DNA from: an uncultured Chthonomonadaceae bacterium | Lineage (GTDB): Bacteria; Armatimonadota; Chthonomonadetes; Chthonomonadales; Chthonomonadaceae | Assembly: GCA_963835065.1 (NCBI GenBank) | Contig: CAWIEK010000041.1 | Coordinates: 96,001-160,000, forward strand | Direction of reading: 5' to 3' | Length of the DNA stretch: 64,000 nucleotides | Shown here: piece by piece, positions 51,455 to 61,984 of the stretch | Numbering within the stretch: the stretch's first letter is position 1 | Layout: every line of letters begins with the position of its first letter | Notes under the pieces: model-generated | Databases searched by the model: none | What the model was told of the DNA's origin: nothing | What the model saw: only the letters and a program-made list of their open reading frames with translations | Translations under genes and position numbers: made by a program

Positions 51455-52354
51455 ATGGGCCGCGCTGCGCGCAATGAGGCAATAACGGCGCTGCTGTTTG
51501 CCAGCCCCTGGTTCATCGGGTTCAGCGTGTTTATGCTGTATCCGCTGCTGGCGTCCATTTACTACAGCTTCTGCGATTACTCCGTACTGCGCCCGCCCGT
51601 GTATACCGGGTTCGCGAATTACCAGAATTTGCTGCACGACGATGTGTTCAAAGATTCCTTCAGGAACACGGTCTGGTACGCCGTTTTCGCGCTGCCTATC
51701 AGCACGTTTGCCGCCCTCAGCCTCGCCCTGCTGCTCAATACCAAAGTGCGCGGCATGACGTTTTACCGCGCCCTGTTTTACATACCGTCGCTGGTTCCGG
51801 CTGTGGCAACGGGCGTACTGATTACGTGGATTTTCAACGGGCAGCACGGCGTTTTGAACGAAGCGCTTCTGAACCCGATCTTGCGGCACTTCGGTAAGAA
51901 AGCGCCGCAATGGCTGGGCGATCCGGCGTGGTCCAAAGCAACCCTGATTATCATGGCGGCGTGGGGCGCGGGCAACGCGATGGTGATTTATCTCGCGGGC
52001 TTGCAGGACGTGCCGCAGCCCTTGTACGAGGCGGCGGAACTGGACGGCGCGACGTGGTGGCAAAAAACGCGCAACGTCACTATTCCCATGCTGTCGCCCG
52101 TGATTTTGTTCAACGTTATCATGGGGCTTATCGGAACCCTGCAAGTGTTCACCGTGCCGTATCTGGTATCGCCCGCCGGCTCGCCCGCCCGCTCCATCTA
52201 CTTTTACACGATGTATCTGTTCGACAACGCCTTTGTGTATCACAAAATGGGCTACGCCAGCGCGATGGGCTGGATTATGTTCCTTGTCATTCTCGCGCTC
52301 ACCATGCTGTCGCTGCAACTGTCCAAGCGCTTTGTGCATTACGGTTCGTCCTAA
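51455..52354 (+). CDS. Sugar ABC transporter permease (MalF-like)
   Basis: LYEAAELDGA; MGYASAM. Confidence 0.93.
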   Translation: MGRAARNEAITALLFASPWFIGFSVFMLYPLLASIYYSFCDYSVLRPPVYTGFANYQNLLHDDVFKDSFRNTVWYAVFALPISTFAALSLALLLNTKVRGMTFYRALFYIPSLVPAVATGVLITWIFNGQHGVLNEALLNPILRHFGKKAPQWLGDPAWSKATLIIMAAWGAGNAMVIYLAGLQDVPQPLYEAAELDGATWWQKTRNVTIPMLSPVILFNVIMGLIGTLQVFTVPYLVSPAGSPARSIYFYTMYLFDNAFVYHKMGYASAMGWIMFLVILALTMLSLQLSKRFVHYGSS

Positions 52355-52392
52355 TCTCGAGTAGTAGGAACATAAGGAATTTCAAAGCAAAG

Positions 52393-53238
52393 ATGCGTCA
52401 AAAAAACTCCTGGATGTTACATATCCTTCTCATTGCGCTGTCAGTGGTGTTCGCGTTTCCGCTGATCTGGCTGGTGCTGACTTCGCTGAAGCCGATTGAC
52501 CAGACCATGCACATTCCCATCATCTGGTGGCCGCGGGAATGGCAATGGGGCAATTATTGGAAAGCGTTCACGTTTAACCGCGAAAAATTGGGCTACATTC
52601 CGTTTCTCGTGTACGGGCGCAACACGCTGATGCTGGCGATACTGACCGTGAGCGGAACCGTGATTTCCAATTCCCTCGTCGCGTATGCGTTTGCGCGGCT
52701 GCGCTGGCCGGGGCGCGATTTCGTCTTCGGCCTGACGCTGGCAACGATGATGGTTCCGTTTCCCGTGCTGATGGTTCCCATTTTCAGCCTGTTCCAGAAG
52801 CTGCACTGGATCGGCACGTTCCGGCCCCTGTGGGTTCCCGCGTGGTTCGGCAGCGCGTTCAACATCTTTTTGCTGCGCCAGTTCTTCGCCACCATTCCCT
52901 TTGAACTCTCCGAAGCCGCCAAAATAGACGGCTGCTCGGAATGGGCCATTTTCCGGCAGGTGATTTTGCCGCTTGCCAAGCCCGCGCTGTCCGTTGTCGC
53001 CCTCTTCACGTTTATGGGAACGTGGAACGACTTCCTCGGCCCGATTTTGTACCTGTCGCATCAAAACCTGTTCACGCTCGGCCTGGGCTTGCAGGCGTTC
53101 ACCAGTCAAAACGGCGGCACGGAATGGAACCTGCAAATGGCCGCCGCAACCATCATCGTCGCGCCCATCGTCGTGCTGTTCTTCTTCACGCAAAAACAGT
53201 TCATTCAGGGCATCGCGGTGACGGGGCTGAAAGGCTGA
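52393..53238 (+). CDS. Sugar ABC transporter permease (MalG-like)
   Basis: ELSEAAKIDGCSE; IQGIAVTGLKG. Confidence 0.93.
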   Translation: MRQKNSWMLHILLIALSVVFAFPLIWLVLTSLKPIDQTMHIPIIWWPREWQWGNYWKAFTFNREKLGYIPFLVYGRNTLMLAILTVSGTVISNSLVAYAFARLRWPGRDFVFGLTLATMMVPFPVLMVPIFSLFQKLHWIGTFRPLWVPAWFGSAFNIFLLRQFFATIPFELSEAAKIDGCSEWAIFRQVILPLAKPALSVVALFTFMGTWNDFLGPILYLSHQNLFTLGLGLQAFTSQNGGTEWNLQMAAATIIVAPIVVLFFFTQKQFIQGIAVTGLKG

Positions 53239-53311
53239 GGAGGCAGGGTCTTAGGGTTCTAGGGTTTTAGGGTTTTAGGGTTTTGGGTTTCTGTAGGTTG
53301 ATGGTTGATAA

Positions 53312-53347
53312 AGAAGGCGCGGGAATCGCTTGATTCCCGCGCCTTCT
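53312..53347. terminator. Probable bidirectional terminator nested in inverted GTTGATA arrays
   Basis: AGAAGGCGCGGGAATC-gctt-GATTCCCGCGCCTTCT between convergent genes. Confidence 0.8.
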
Positions 53348-53375
53348 CTATCAACTATCAACCATCAACTATCAA

Positions 53376-53864
53376 CTACTTAATCTTCGACTTGTCGTAG
53401 TAGCTGAAATCTATGGAGGTGAAGGCGCGCAGATTGACGCGGTATTGTTGCGCGGGCGCGACCGGCACGATGTTTGTGGAAATAGGCTGCGCGGTCAGGA
53501 CGAAATTGCCGGGTACGAGGGAGAGCTTGTAGCTGCCGTCACTGCCCGAAACAGCGGAACCGACAACCGTGCCGTCCGCCAGCGAAGCGACGATTTTTGC
53601 GCCGGCAATGGGGGTTTGCGTTGTAGAAGTCGTCGTGGTCGGCGTCATCAGCACCTTGCCCTGAAAACCGGAAGTGCCATCGCCTGCGGGGTCAATGGTG
53701 GAACCGCCCAAACCGTTGGAGCCATTGACAATGTTGATGCCGGTCGCGCCTGTGGTGGAACTGCCGCCGCCGCACCCGGCGAGAAGAAGCGCGAAGAGCG
53801 CGCTCAACAGCAGCACAACCGCACAACGCAAGGCGAACGGAGCATACAGCAGCCGTTTTCGCAT
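53376..53864 (-). CDS. Lipoprotein with carboxypeptidase-regulatory-like domain
   Basis: LAGC lipobox; PIAGA.I...SGSDGSY.L.L.PG. Confidence 0.82.
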   Translation of the reverse strand: MRKRLLYAPFALRCAVVLLLSALFALLLAGCGGGSSTTGATGINIVNGSNGLGGSTIDPAGDGTSGFQGKVLMTPTTTTSTTQTPIAGAKIVASLADGTVVGSAVSGSDGSYKLSLVPGNFVLTAQPISTNIVPVAPAQQYRVNLRAFTSIDFSYYDKSKIK

Positions 53865-53972
53865 AGAGATTCCCTTTCTTTGCGCGCAGATTTCTTTGAC
53901 GCAATTGCTAAACAGTTGATAGTTGATAGTTGATAGAAAGGCAGTATCTACGAACTTTCAGCACCCCACCGC

Positions 53973-54107
53973 TTAGAAAACGAGATTGGTAAAATGTCCG
54001 GGTTCCGGCGGCATCGCTCCACGCCGGGTACGCGCTGAAAACGCAAACGGAACTCAGTTGAAGACGCAAACGGCAAACGCGCCGCGAAAAGCGCGCTTCA
54101 AAATCAT
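53973..54107 (-). CDS. Candidate 44-aa selenoprotein (in-frame UGA at 54056-54054)
   Basis: MILKRAFRGAFAVCVFN-U-VPFAFSARTRRGAMPPEPGHFTNLVF*; SECIS-like fold after the UGA; upstream promoter. Confidence 0.45.
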
Positions 54108-54141
54108 GGGAGATAGTGTTGGTTTCTCTGGGGTTGCCGCC

Positions 54142-54170
54142 ATTATACTAGTTTCAGCCAAAGGACGCAA
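54142..54170 (-). promoter_or_regulatory. Sigma70 promoter
   Basis: TTGCGT-N17-TATAAT on the minus strand. Confidence 0.7.
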
Positions 54171-54561
54171 GCGTTTTCTTATCATTTCCCACATTTTTCT
54201 CAATTTTCCTGCAACACCTGCCCTGCACATACAGCTGTCGCCACTCGCGTTGACGCGCGGCCAGATACATCCAGCCGTCTTCCTTCTGCCAAATGCGAAA
54301 TATCGTTTGGCTTTTACGTAGTTAATGGCAGAGCAGCCCGTTTGTTCGCTGCGTTATTGCGTGTTTTTGCGTAAAATCAGAGTATGTTAGCTCTGAACCA
54401 CTTCTTTACCTTCTTACCGCCTGAGCGCTTGGAAGCCGCTGACCTTGATGACCAAAGTGACCCGTAACAACACAAGCAGGCGGGCTTTCAACAGGTATAG
54501 GCTGAACCCCTTCGCGCAACGCGAAACGTTATGCAGCAAGAGAATTCGTAAACAAACAGCC

Positions 54562-56082
54562 ATGACCGATACAAGAACCAACACACCTAAACGGCTGCTG
54601 CGCACCATCGGCGTACAGAAACACGATGGTTCGGAGCCGCCCGTCACGCCGATACAGGAACTCGCGCTCTCGCCAAACGAACCGGGCGCGGAAACTGTTG
54701 CCGCTGCGGATTCCGCTGCGGAATCAAACCGCGCCAATATAGAAACCGTTCCCAACCCAAATGATAATCCACAATCCACAATCGAAAATCCAATCACGGA
54801 GGCGCTGCAAACCGGCAGATCGTACCTGCTGATTGACCGCTACGAAATGGCGTTGCCGTTCTTTCAATGGGTGGTCAGGAACGAGGCCGAGAATGGCGAA
54901 GCGTGGTTTCAGCTTGGATTGTGCCTGAACAATCTCAAGCAGTATGCGCCTGCCGTAGACGCGCTGATGCAGGCCACGCGGCTTCAGCCCGAAAACGCCC
55001 GCGCATACGAACAGTTGGGAGAGGTCTGCTGCAAGCTGAAGCGTTATGAGCAGGCAGTCCTTGCCTGCCGCCTGTGCCTGCGCTTGGACCCGGAAAACAC
55101 CTCGGCCTGGAATGACATCGGCCTTGCCTACTCAAATACAGGGCAGTACGAAGAGGGCAAGGCCGCGCTGCAAAAAGCAGTGATCCTGCGCCCGGAGCGC
55201 GTCTTGTATCGCGTGAACCTGGCGATCACGCTGGCGCAGCATAAGGAGTTTGAACCGGCGTTCGCCGAATGTGACGAGGCTATACGCCTGGAACCGGATA
55301 ATCCAATGGTTTACCAGGCGCTGGCGCATGTATGCAAGTTGGCTGACAGGAAACAGGAGGCTTTACAAGCTTGTAAGCAGGCGCTTCAGTTGGACCCACA
55401 GAATGTGGAAGCCTATATGCTTGTTGGCAGCGCCCATCGCGCGCTGAAACAGTACGAGGAAGCCATCGCCGCTTATAAGCAGGCAATACAGATTGCCCCG
55501 GAGTATGCTGTTGCCTATACGGGCATAGGCGTCATTTACCTGGACCAACAAAAGTCTGAGCAAGCCCTGCCCTTTCTGCAAAAAGCGATTGCGCTTCAAC
55601 CGGACTTTGCCGTTGCGTATAATCATCTCGGTATGGTCTTCATAAATCTACAGCGTTGGGAAGACGCTATTGTTGCGCTGGAAACCGCTTTGTGCCACCA
55701 GTATCGCAACCCCACTGCGCATTACCTGCTTGGTCAAGTCTATACTGAAGTCGGGCGTATGTGGGAGGCTGTGGAAACGACGGAACGCGCCATTGCGTTT
55801 GCGCCTGATGCCGCAGAGGCCGCTATCGGTTACGAAGCCCTGGCAAAACTTCATATCAAGCAGCGCAACTATCTGGAAGCCATCGCGTCGGCACAGCAGG
55901 CATTGATGCTCAACCCCTCGGAAGGCGGCGCGTACAATATTCTGGGAGTGGCCTACGATGCTCTGGGCCGTTATCAGGAAGCCTTTGACGCTTACATCGA
56001 AGCGGTACGCCTGATGCCGGGTGATGCAGTGGTCATGAATAATTTTATGACTGTGAGCCGCAAACTGGGGGAACAGGGGTAG
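54562..56082 (+). CDS. Tetratricopeptide repeat protein
   Basis: About twelve 34-aa repeats (AW/AY..LG....YEEA....AI.L.P). Confidence 0.93.
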   Translation: MTDTRTNTPKRLLRTIGVQKHDGSEPPVTPIQELALSPNEPGAETVAAADSAAESNRANIETVPNPNDNPQSTIENPITEALQTGRSYLLIDRYEMALPFFQWVVRNEAENGEAWFQLGLCLNNLKQYAPAVDALMQATRLQPENARAYEQLGEVCCKLKRYEQAVLACRLCLRLDPENTSAWNDIGLAYSNTGQYEEGKAALQKAVILRPERVLYRVNLAITLAQHKEFEPAFAECDEAIRLEPDNPMVYQALAHVCKLADRKQEALQACKQALQLDPQNVEAYMLVGSAHRALKQYEEAIAAYKQAIQIAPEYAVAYTGIGVIYLDQQKSEQALPFLQKAIALQPDFAVAYNHLGMVFINLQRWEDAIVALETALCHQYRNPTAHYLLGQVYTEVGRMWEAVETTERAIAFAPDAAEAAIGYEALAKLHIKQRNYLEAIASAQQALMLNPSEGGAYNILGVAYDALGRYQEAFDAYIEAVRLMPGDAVVMNNFMTVSRKLGEQG

Positions 56083-56177
56083 GTGTTGGGTGTTTGGGTA
56101 TTCAGGTATTCAGGTATTCGGTATTCGGTGTTCGGTGTAGTGTTCCCTATCTGCCCGCTACCGGGTACAATGAATGT

Positions 56178-57032
56178 ATGGAGCCAGAAATAACAAGTAC
56201 GCCTGTTATGGACACGCCTAATACGCCTGCGCGCGTTCGGCGTCCTTTGCGCCGACGCCGGGCGCTTTTTGCGCTATCGGTTTTTCTGCTGGTGGTGTTG
56301 AGCATCACGTGGGCGATTGGCGGATTGGGCGGCAATGTGCGGACGGTCACGCCGGGGCGGGTGTACCGCAGCGCGCAGATTACGGGGAGTGGCATCGGCG
56401 CGCTAACCGCCTGCTGGACGGGCAAGGGGCTGGAACAGGTCATCAAAGCGGACGGCATCAAGACTGTCATTAACCTGCGCGGCGGCAACGAGCAGAACGC
56501 CTGGTATCGCGAGGAACGGGAAATCTGCGCGCGAAACGGCGTAGACCATATTGACATCGGCATGAGCGCCATTCACGCCCCGCACCCCACCCAATTGAAG
56601 CGCCTGCTCAACGCTTTCGACAACGCCCGTTATCCCATTCTGTACCACTGTCAGGGCGGCTCGGACCGCTCCGGGCTTGTCGGCACGATCTACCTCAACG
56701 TGTACCAGAACGTGCCGCTCGATGAAGCGGAACGCCAACAACTGACCCTGCGCTACGCCCATTTCAAGTTCACGCGCACACGGGCAATGGACGACTTTTT
56801 TGATCGGTATCGGCAGACAGGGCGGGGCATGACGCTGCGCCAGTGGATACAAACCACCTATCCCGATGTGTTCGCAAAACTGCCCGCCAACGAAATCTCC
56901 GGGCCACCCACGCCCGCAGAACTGCTTACCGACCCGCATCCCATTTCTGCTTCACCATCTCATTCCAATTCGCCGGCGCGGGCTTCCACGCAGGGAGAGG
57001 GCGCGGCCCGCGCGGCGATCAACGGAGGCTGA
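56178..57032 (+). CDS. Membrane-anchored Cys-based protein tyrosine/dual-specificity phosphatase
   Basis: YRSAQ, GIKTVINLRG, HCQGGSDRSG. Confidence 0.9.
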   Translation: MEPEITSTPVMDTPNTPARVRRPLRRRRALFALSVFLLVVLSITWAIGGLGGNVRTVTPGRVYRSAQITGSGIGALTACWTGKGLEQVIKADGIKTVINLRGGNEQNAWYREEREICARNGVDHIDIGMSAIHAPHPTQLKRLLNAFDNARYPILYHCQGGSDRSGLVGTIYLNVYQNVPLDEAERQQLTLRYAHFKFTRTRAMDDFFDRYRQTGRGMTLRQWIQTTYPDVFAKLPANEISGPPTPAELLTDPHPISASPSHSNSPARASTQGEGAARAAINGG

Positions 57033-57036
57033 ATTC

Positions 57037-59708
57037 ATGCGTTCGCACACGAGTTTGAGCGGCAATCGGAAACCCAACAAGCCGTCGCGCCTGCTGATTG
57101 CTTCCCTCTCCACAGTGGCCGGGGTTGCCCTGATTGCCGGAAGTAAAACGGCCTGGAGCCACCGGCAAGGCGCGGACGTTGCGCCGGAACCGCTTTCCAA
57201 CGGCAGGCGGATTGCGCCGCAGGGCCAGCAAACCGACGTGGGCAGTTTCCCCGTCAACATGGCGCTCAGTCCTGACGGCAAGTTTATCGCTGTGACCAAC
57301 ACGGGCTTTCGGCAGTTCCTCAGCATCCTCAGCGCCGACGACGGGCATCTCGTCTCGCAAATGCCCTTCAACCCCGCTCCCAACAACCGCGCCGACAAAA
57401 CTTCCTTGTACTATGGACTGTCGTTCCAAGGCTCGACAACCGGGGAAGGCTACCATGTATTTGTCTCGCGCGGCCCGGAAGACCGCATCAGCGGCATCTA
57501 CGTCACCTCGGAAGGCAAATTCGGTGGCATCGTGGAAACCTTCGAGAACCCCTCTACCGTTCCCCCTGCGGCCAAAGACGCGCAGCCCAATTTTGTCGCC
57601 GGTGTCGCGGGTGGAATCGGCAGGCTGTATGCCGCCAACAATGAAAGCAGCGCGTATACGGACTTCAAAGGTTCCGTCAGCGTTTTTGAAAGCAACATTC
57701 ACGTTCCAAACAAGCGCGTGGGACGCATCACGACGCCGGGCTTTCCGTATGCCATTGTCGCCGTTACCAAAGGGCGCGGATGCGGAGAAAAAGGTTTACG
57801 TGTCGAGTGAGCAGGACGGGTGCGTGGCCGCGCTGGACGTAGCCGATCCGGCAAACGGCAAGGATGTAAAGGACATTAAGACGGGCGATCATCCTACCGC
57901 GCTGCTTCTGGACAGGGAACAAAAGCGCCTGTTTGTCGCCAATTCCGGCAGCGATACCGTCAGCCTCATTGATACCGCCAACAACGCGGTTACGCGAACG
58001 TGGAATGTGCGCGGCAAATCAAAATTGCCGGGCGCAACCCCGACCGGTCTCGCCCTCAGCCCGGATGAATCGCGCCTGTACGTCACCCTTGCCGACCAGA
58101 ACGCCCTTGCCGTCATTGACCTGAAAAGCGGCAAAAACGAGCCGATGGGAATGATCCCGACCGGCTGGTATCCCACGTCCGTTGTTGTCAGTGGGGACGG
58201 CAAGCGCCTGTTCGTTGCCAACGCCAAGGGCGCGCGAACCCGCAACCCGAATGGCGATCCGGGGCGCAAAGCGGACAACGAGAAGTACATCGAAAACATC
58301 ATCGAAGGCACGGTGTCCATGATACCGACGCCTTCGGATGCGGAACTCGGACGATTGACGCAAATCGCCACGCGGCTCAATCTGGCTCCCGACAACCAGA
58401 AACTGCCCCATACCGGCATCAAGCACGTGATTTACATCATCAAGGAAAACCGCACGTATGATGAGATTTTGGGCGATCTGCCGCAGGGCAATGGCGACAA
58501 ATCCCTGACGCTGTTCGGGCGCGACGTGACGCCCAACCAACACGCCCTTGCCGAACGCTTCGTGTTGCTGGACAATTTCTACTGCTCGGCGGAAGTGTCC
58601 GCGGATGGCTGGAACTGGACGATTTCCGGCATGGGCAGCGAGTACAACGAACGCAACGTGCCCTTCAATTACAGTGGGCGCGGACGGGATTATGATTTTG
58701 AGGGGCAGATCAACGGAACGCCGGTTGACCTGCTGGACAAGCCCGACGTAAACCGCGCTCCCGGTGGCTATATATGGGACGCCGTTGCGCAAAAAGGGCT
58801 TGTCGTACCGCAACTACGGCTTTTATGTCGCCTTTGCCGACGCCAAAACGCTGGATGGCACGCTGATTACGAAAGAAAACACGCCCGTCAAGAAAGTCCT
58901 TGTCGGGCATACGGACACGGATTTCCGGCAGTTTGATATGGCGTATGCCGACAGCGACGCGCCCGCGATGCACAACGCGATTGCGCCCCGGCAGAAAGCG
59001 GCGTATGGAACCCACAATGCCCCGTCCCGCTTCGCCGAATGGAAGCGCGAGTTCGATGACTACGTTCGGACGGACAGCCTGCCCCGCTTTTCAATGGTGC
59101 GCTTTCCCCGCGACCATACCAGCGGAACCCGTGTCGGCGTGTCCACGCCCCGCGCCATGATTGCCGACAACGATTACGCGGTGGGGCAGTTGGTGGAAGC
59201 TGTCAGCGAAAGCAAGTTCTGGAAAGAAACGGCGATTTTCGTCATAGAAGACGACGCGCAGGACGGCATTGACCATGTGGACGCGCACCGCTCCATTGCG
59301 TTTGTCATTTCGCCGTACATTCAAAAGGGCATGGTAGACCATCACTTCTACAACTCGGACAGCGCGCTGCACACGATGGAACAACTGCTCGGCCTGCCGC
59401 CTATGTGCCAGTACGACGCGATTGCGCCCGTGTTTGCCGCGTTCGGTTCCACGCCCGCCAATGATGCGCCTTATACCGCCATTCTGCCGTCCCGCGAAAT
59501 CATAGCCGATGTGAACAATCGGCAGGCGTACCGCGCAAGTGACAGCGCCAAACTGGACTTCGCCCACGCTGACCGCGTTCCCGACCACACTATGCACGAC
59601 CTGATCTGGCACTCGGTCAAGGGCATCAACACGCCCCTCCCGCCCCTCCGCCACGCCCTGCCCACGTCTGCCCGCACATCCGCAAGGCGCGATGAAGATG
59701 ATGAATAA
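57037..59708 (+). CDS. YncE/YVTN beta-propeller fused to alkaline-phosphatase-superfamily phosphoesterase; frameshifts near 57775 and 58790
   Basis: PTGLALSPD, PTGWYP, KHVIYIIKENRTYD, SADG, DHTSG, EDDAQDG.DHVDAHRS across three frames. Confidence 0.88.
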
Positions 59709-59763
59709 GGAATGAGGCGGCTTAAAGCCCCAAATCAAACATCAAGGATAAATTTGCGCTGCA

Positions 59764-59837
59764 AATGGAATAATCTGGAAGTGTGCATACTTCCAGATTA
59801 TTCCATTAAATCTTTTTAGTTCCAGATAGTTCCAGAT
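59764..59837. promoter_or_regulatory. 19-bp perfect inverted repeat plus TTCCAGAT direct repeats, putative operator
   Basis: AATGGAATAATCTGGAAGT-gtgcat-ACTTCCAGATTATTCCATT; TTCCAGAT again at 59820 and 59830. Confidence 0.65.
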
Positions 59838-59996
59838 TGTAGGCGACTCCAGTGACATTCCCCTGTCGGAACGGGTAGGCAATTGGGCACAGCCCTTTTA
59901 TGACGAGCGCGAGGTGCTGACGTTTTTGGAAACGCAGTTTGCAGACCCGCAGCGTATACGCCGAATGTTGCCGCGCCGCCCAAGAAGGAGAGCGTT

Positions 59997-61394
59997 ATGA
60001 TAGCATCCATCTTGCAGCCTTTGATTGAACAGGGAGAGAATGTTCGCGCCGAATTCAAGAGCGCGGTTGAAAATGTGGAAGCGGTTGGGGAAACGGTAAG
60101 CGCATTTCTCAACGCCGGAGGAGGAACTCTGGTGGCTGGCGTAACCGCAAGCGGCGCGGTTAGAGGCATCGAAAATGCTCAGGAGATGGCAGGCCACATT
60201 CGGCAGGATTTGATTCAACACCTCTCGCCGCAAGCCTCGTATTCGGTAGGAGTGGAGGAGATTGGAGGCAAGCCCTGCATCGTTGTGGATGTGCCGCCCG
60301 GTTCCGAGCCTCCTTACGTATATCGGGATGGTATCTTTGTACGACGTGGTACGCGCAGCCTTCGCGCGGCGGGCGCGGACATTGCCGGCCTACTCCAGCG
60401 TCGGCGGCAGGAGCCTATACGGTGGGAACGCCTGTCTGCCCTGAGCATTGCTGTGGAAGAATTAGACCAAAACGAGATTGCTCACACTGTGAAGCAAGAA
60501 CAAAACAATCGCTGGCAAGCAAACAGGCAGGACTTTTCTGTTGAAGACGCGCTCAACGCGCTGAATCTGGCGGAGCGCGGGATGCCGCTCAACAGCGCGA
60601 TTGTTCTTTTCGCCCGACAGCCCGCCCGCCTGTATCCTCAAATCCGAGTGCGTGTCGCGCGGTTTGCCTCCGACAATCCCTCCGAAATTATAGACCATCG
60701 CACTTTTGAGGGGCATGCTTTCGCCTTGTTGGAACAGACACTTACCTTTCTGCAAGCGCATCTGCCGGTTGCCTCCACGTTACCCGGCGCAGAATTGATT
60801 CGCGCAGACAAGCCGCTCTATCCTCCCGGCGCAATCCGTGAGGCGCTTATCAACGCGCTGATGCACCGGGATTATGCCACTTATGATGGCGGCGTTGCCG
60901 TACGTATGTACCCGGATCGCATAGAGTTCTGGAATTCCGGCGCGTTGCCACAGGGCATGACCGTTGAAACGCTCCGGCAGGGGTATGTGTCACGCCCTCA
61001 CAACCCGGACATTGCGCACGTATTTTTGCTGCGGGGTCTTGCGGAGCGGATGGGTATTGGAGCGCGGCGTATCGTTGCCGAGTGCGTGGAAGCGGGGTTG
61101 CCGGAGCCGACGTGGGAGGAGCAGGGCGGCGGTATTCTGCTTACTTTGCGTCGAACGCCCGCCGTTGTCACTCCTAAGCGTAACATGCATTTAAGCCGAA
61201 GGCAGGCTGCGTTTCTTGAGCAGACGCCATCCGGGGAACGCATCACAGCGCAGGAGTACCATCGTCGGTTTGCATCGGATGTATCCGACCGGCAGGCGCG
61301 TACGGAACTTGGACAGCTTGTTGAAATGGGGTATGCGCGCCGCGAGGGCAGCGGGCCTGCGACTGCTTACGTGCGTACATCCTTGCCCAAATGA
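59997..61394 (+). CDS. Schlafen/AlbA_2 domain, HATPase_c_4 ('RecG C-terminal') domain and winged HTH
   Basis: GENVRAEFK, AFLNAGGGTLVAGV, REALINALMHRDY, NPDIA..F....ERMG.G. Confidence 0.9.
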   Translation: MIASILQPLIEQGENVRAEFKSAVENVEAVGETVSAFLNAGGGTLVAGVTASGAVRGIENAQEMAGHIRQDLIQHLSPQASYSVGVEEIGGKPCIVVDVPPGSEPPYVYRDGIFVRRGTRSLRAAGADIAGLLQRRRQEPIRWERLSALSIAVEELDQNEIAHTVKQEQNNRWQANRQDFSVEDALNALNLAERGMPLNSAIVLFARQPARLYPQIRVRVARFASDNPSEIIDHRTFEGHAFALLEQTLTFLQAHLPVASTLPGAELIRADKPLYPPGAIREALINALMHRDYATYDGGVAVRMYPDRIEFWNSGALPQGMTVETLRQGYVSRPHNPDIAHVFLLRGLAERMGIGARRIVAECVEAGLPEPTWEEQGGGILLTLRRTPAVVTPKRNMHLSRRQAAFLEQTPSGERITAQEYHRRFASDVSDRQARTELGQLVEMGYARREGSGPATAYVRTSLPK

Positions 61395-61726
61395 ACAAGC
61401 CAAAACAAACAATCAGCAGGCATACCGCGACAGTCGCTTTTGCATAACCCTGATAATTGTGTGGATGCCTGATTTCATTCTACTTCTGTTCGCCTCCCTT
61501 GCTTCTGGACGCGCCAACCGGCTCCGTTTCAGATTGGATGGAACGCATTATCGCGCGTCTATAAGCCATAGGCATTATAGTGTGTTAGGTACTTTCCGAG
61601 CGCATCTGCTTGCAACAACTGTTAACTCAGCAGACAAGCAGAGTATTCGATACCGTTTGCGGCTGAGTATCTCACTATGGGTAGTGCGAAGCATCGTGTA
61701 CAAAGCCGCACAAGGCCATTATAGCC

Positions 61727-61984
61727 TCAAAAGTACCTAACACTTTCTAGCTTATCAACCACCGCTTCTAAGGCTTTCATGTCCCACACGAAACCACACG
61801 CGCGTAAGGCCACGATATTGCCAAAGTTTTCAAGACTCACTATGTAGTCGTCTGTGCCTTCGATAAACGTCTGAGAGTCACTGCCGAGACTGGCGCGAAA
61901 GGCGACAGTAAGGACCGCCAAATCTTCCTTGCCGGTTGCACAAACTTTTACAGAGGTCTTATCAACCAGTTCAACTGTTCCCAT
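61727..61984 (-). CDS. Hypothetical protein
   Basis: 85 aa with AAGGAAG RBS in a lower-GC tract. Confidence 0.45.
   Translation of the reverse strand: MGTVELVDKTSVKVCATGKEDLAVLTVAFRASLGSDSQTFIEGTDDYIVSLENFGNIVALRACGFVWDMKALEAVVDKLESVRYF

Noticed and set aside
51910..52392. N-terminal extension of the MalG-like permease
   Set aside because: Overlaps the MalF-like gene out of frame; the likely start is 52393.
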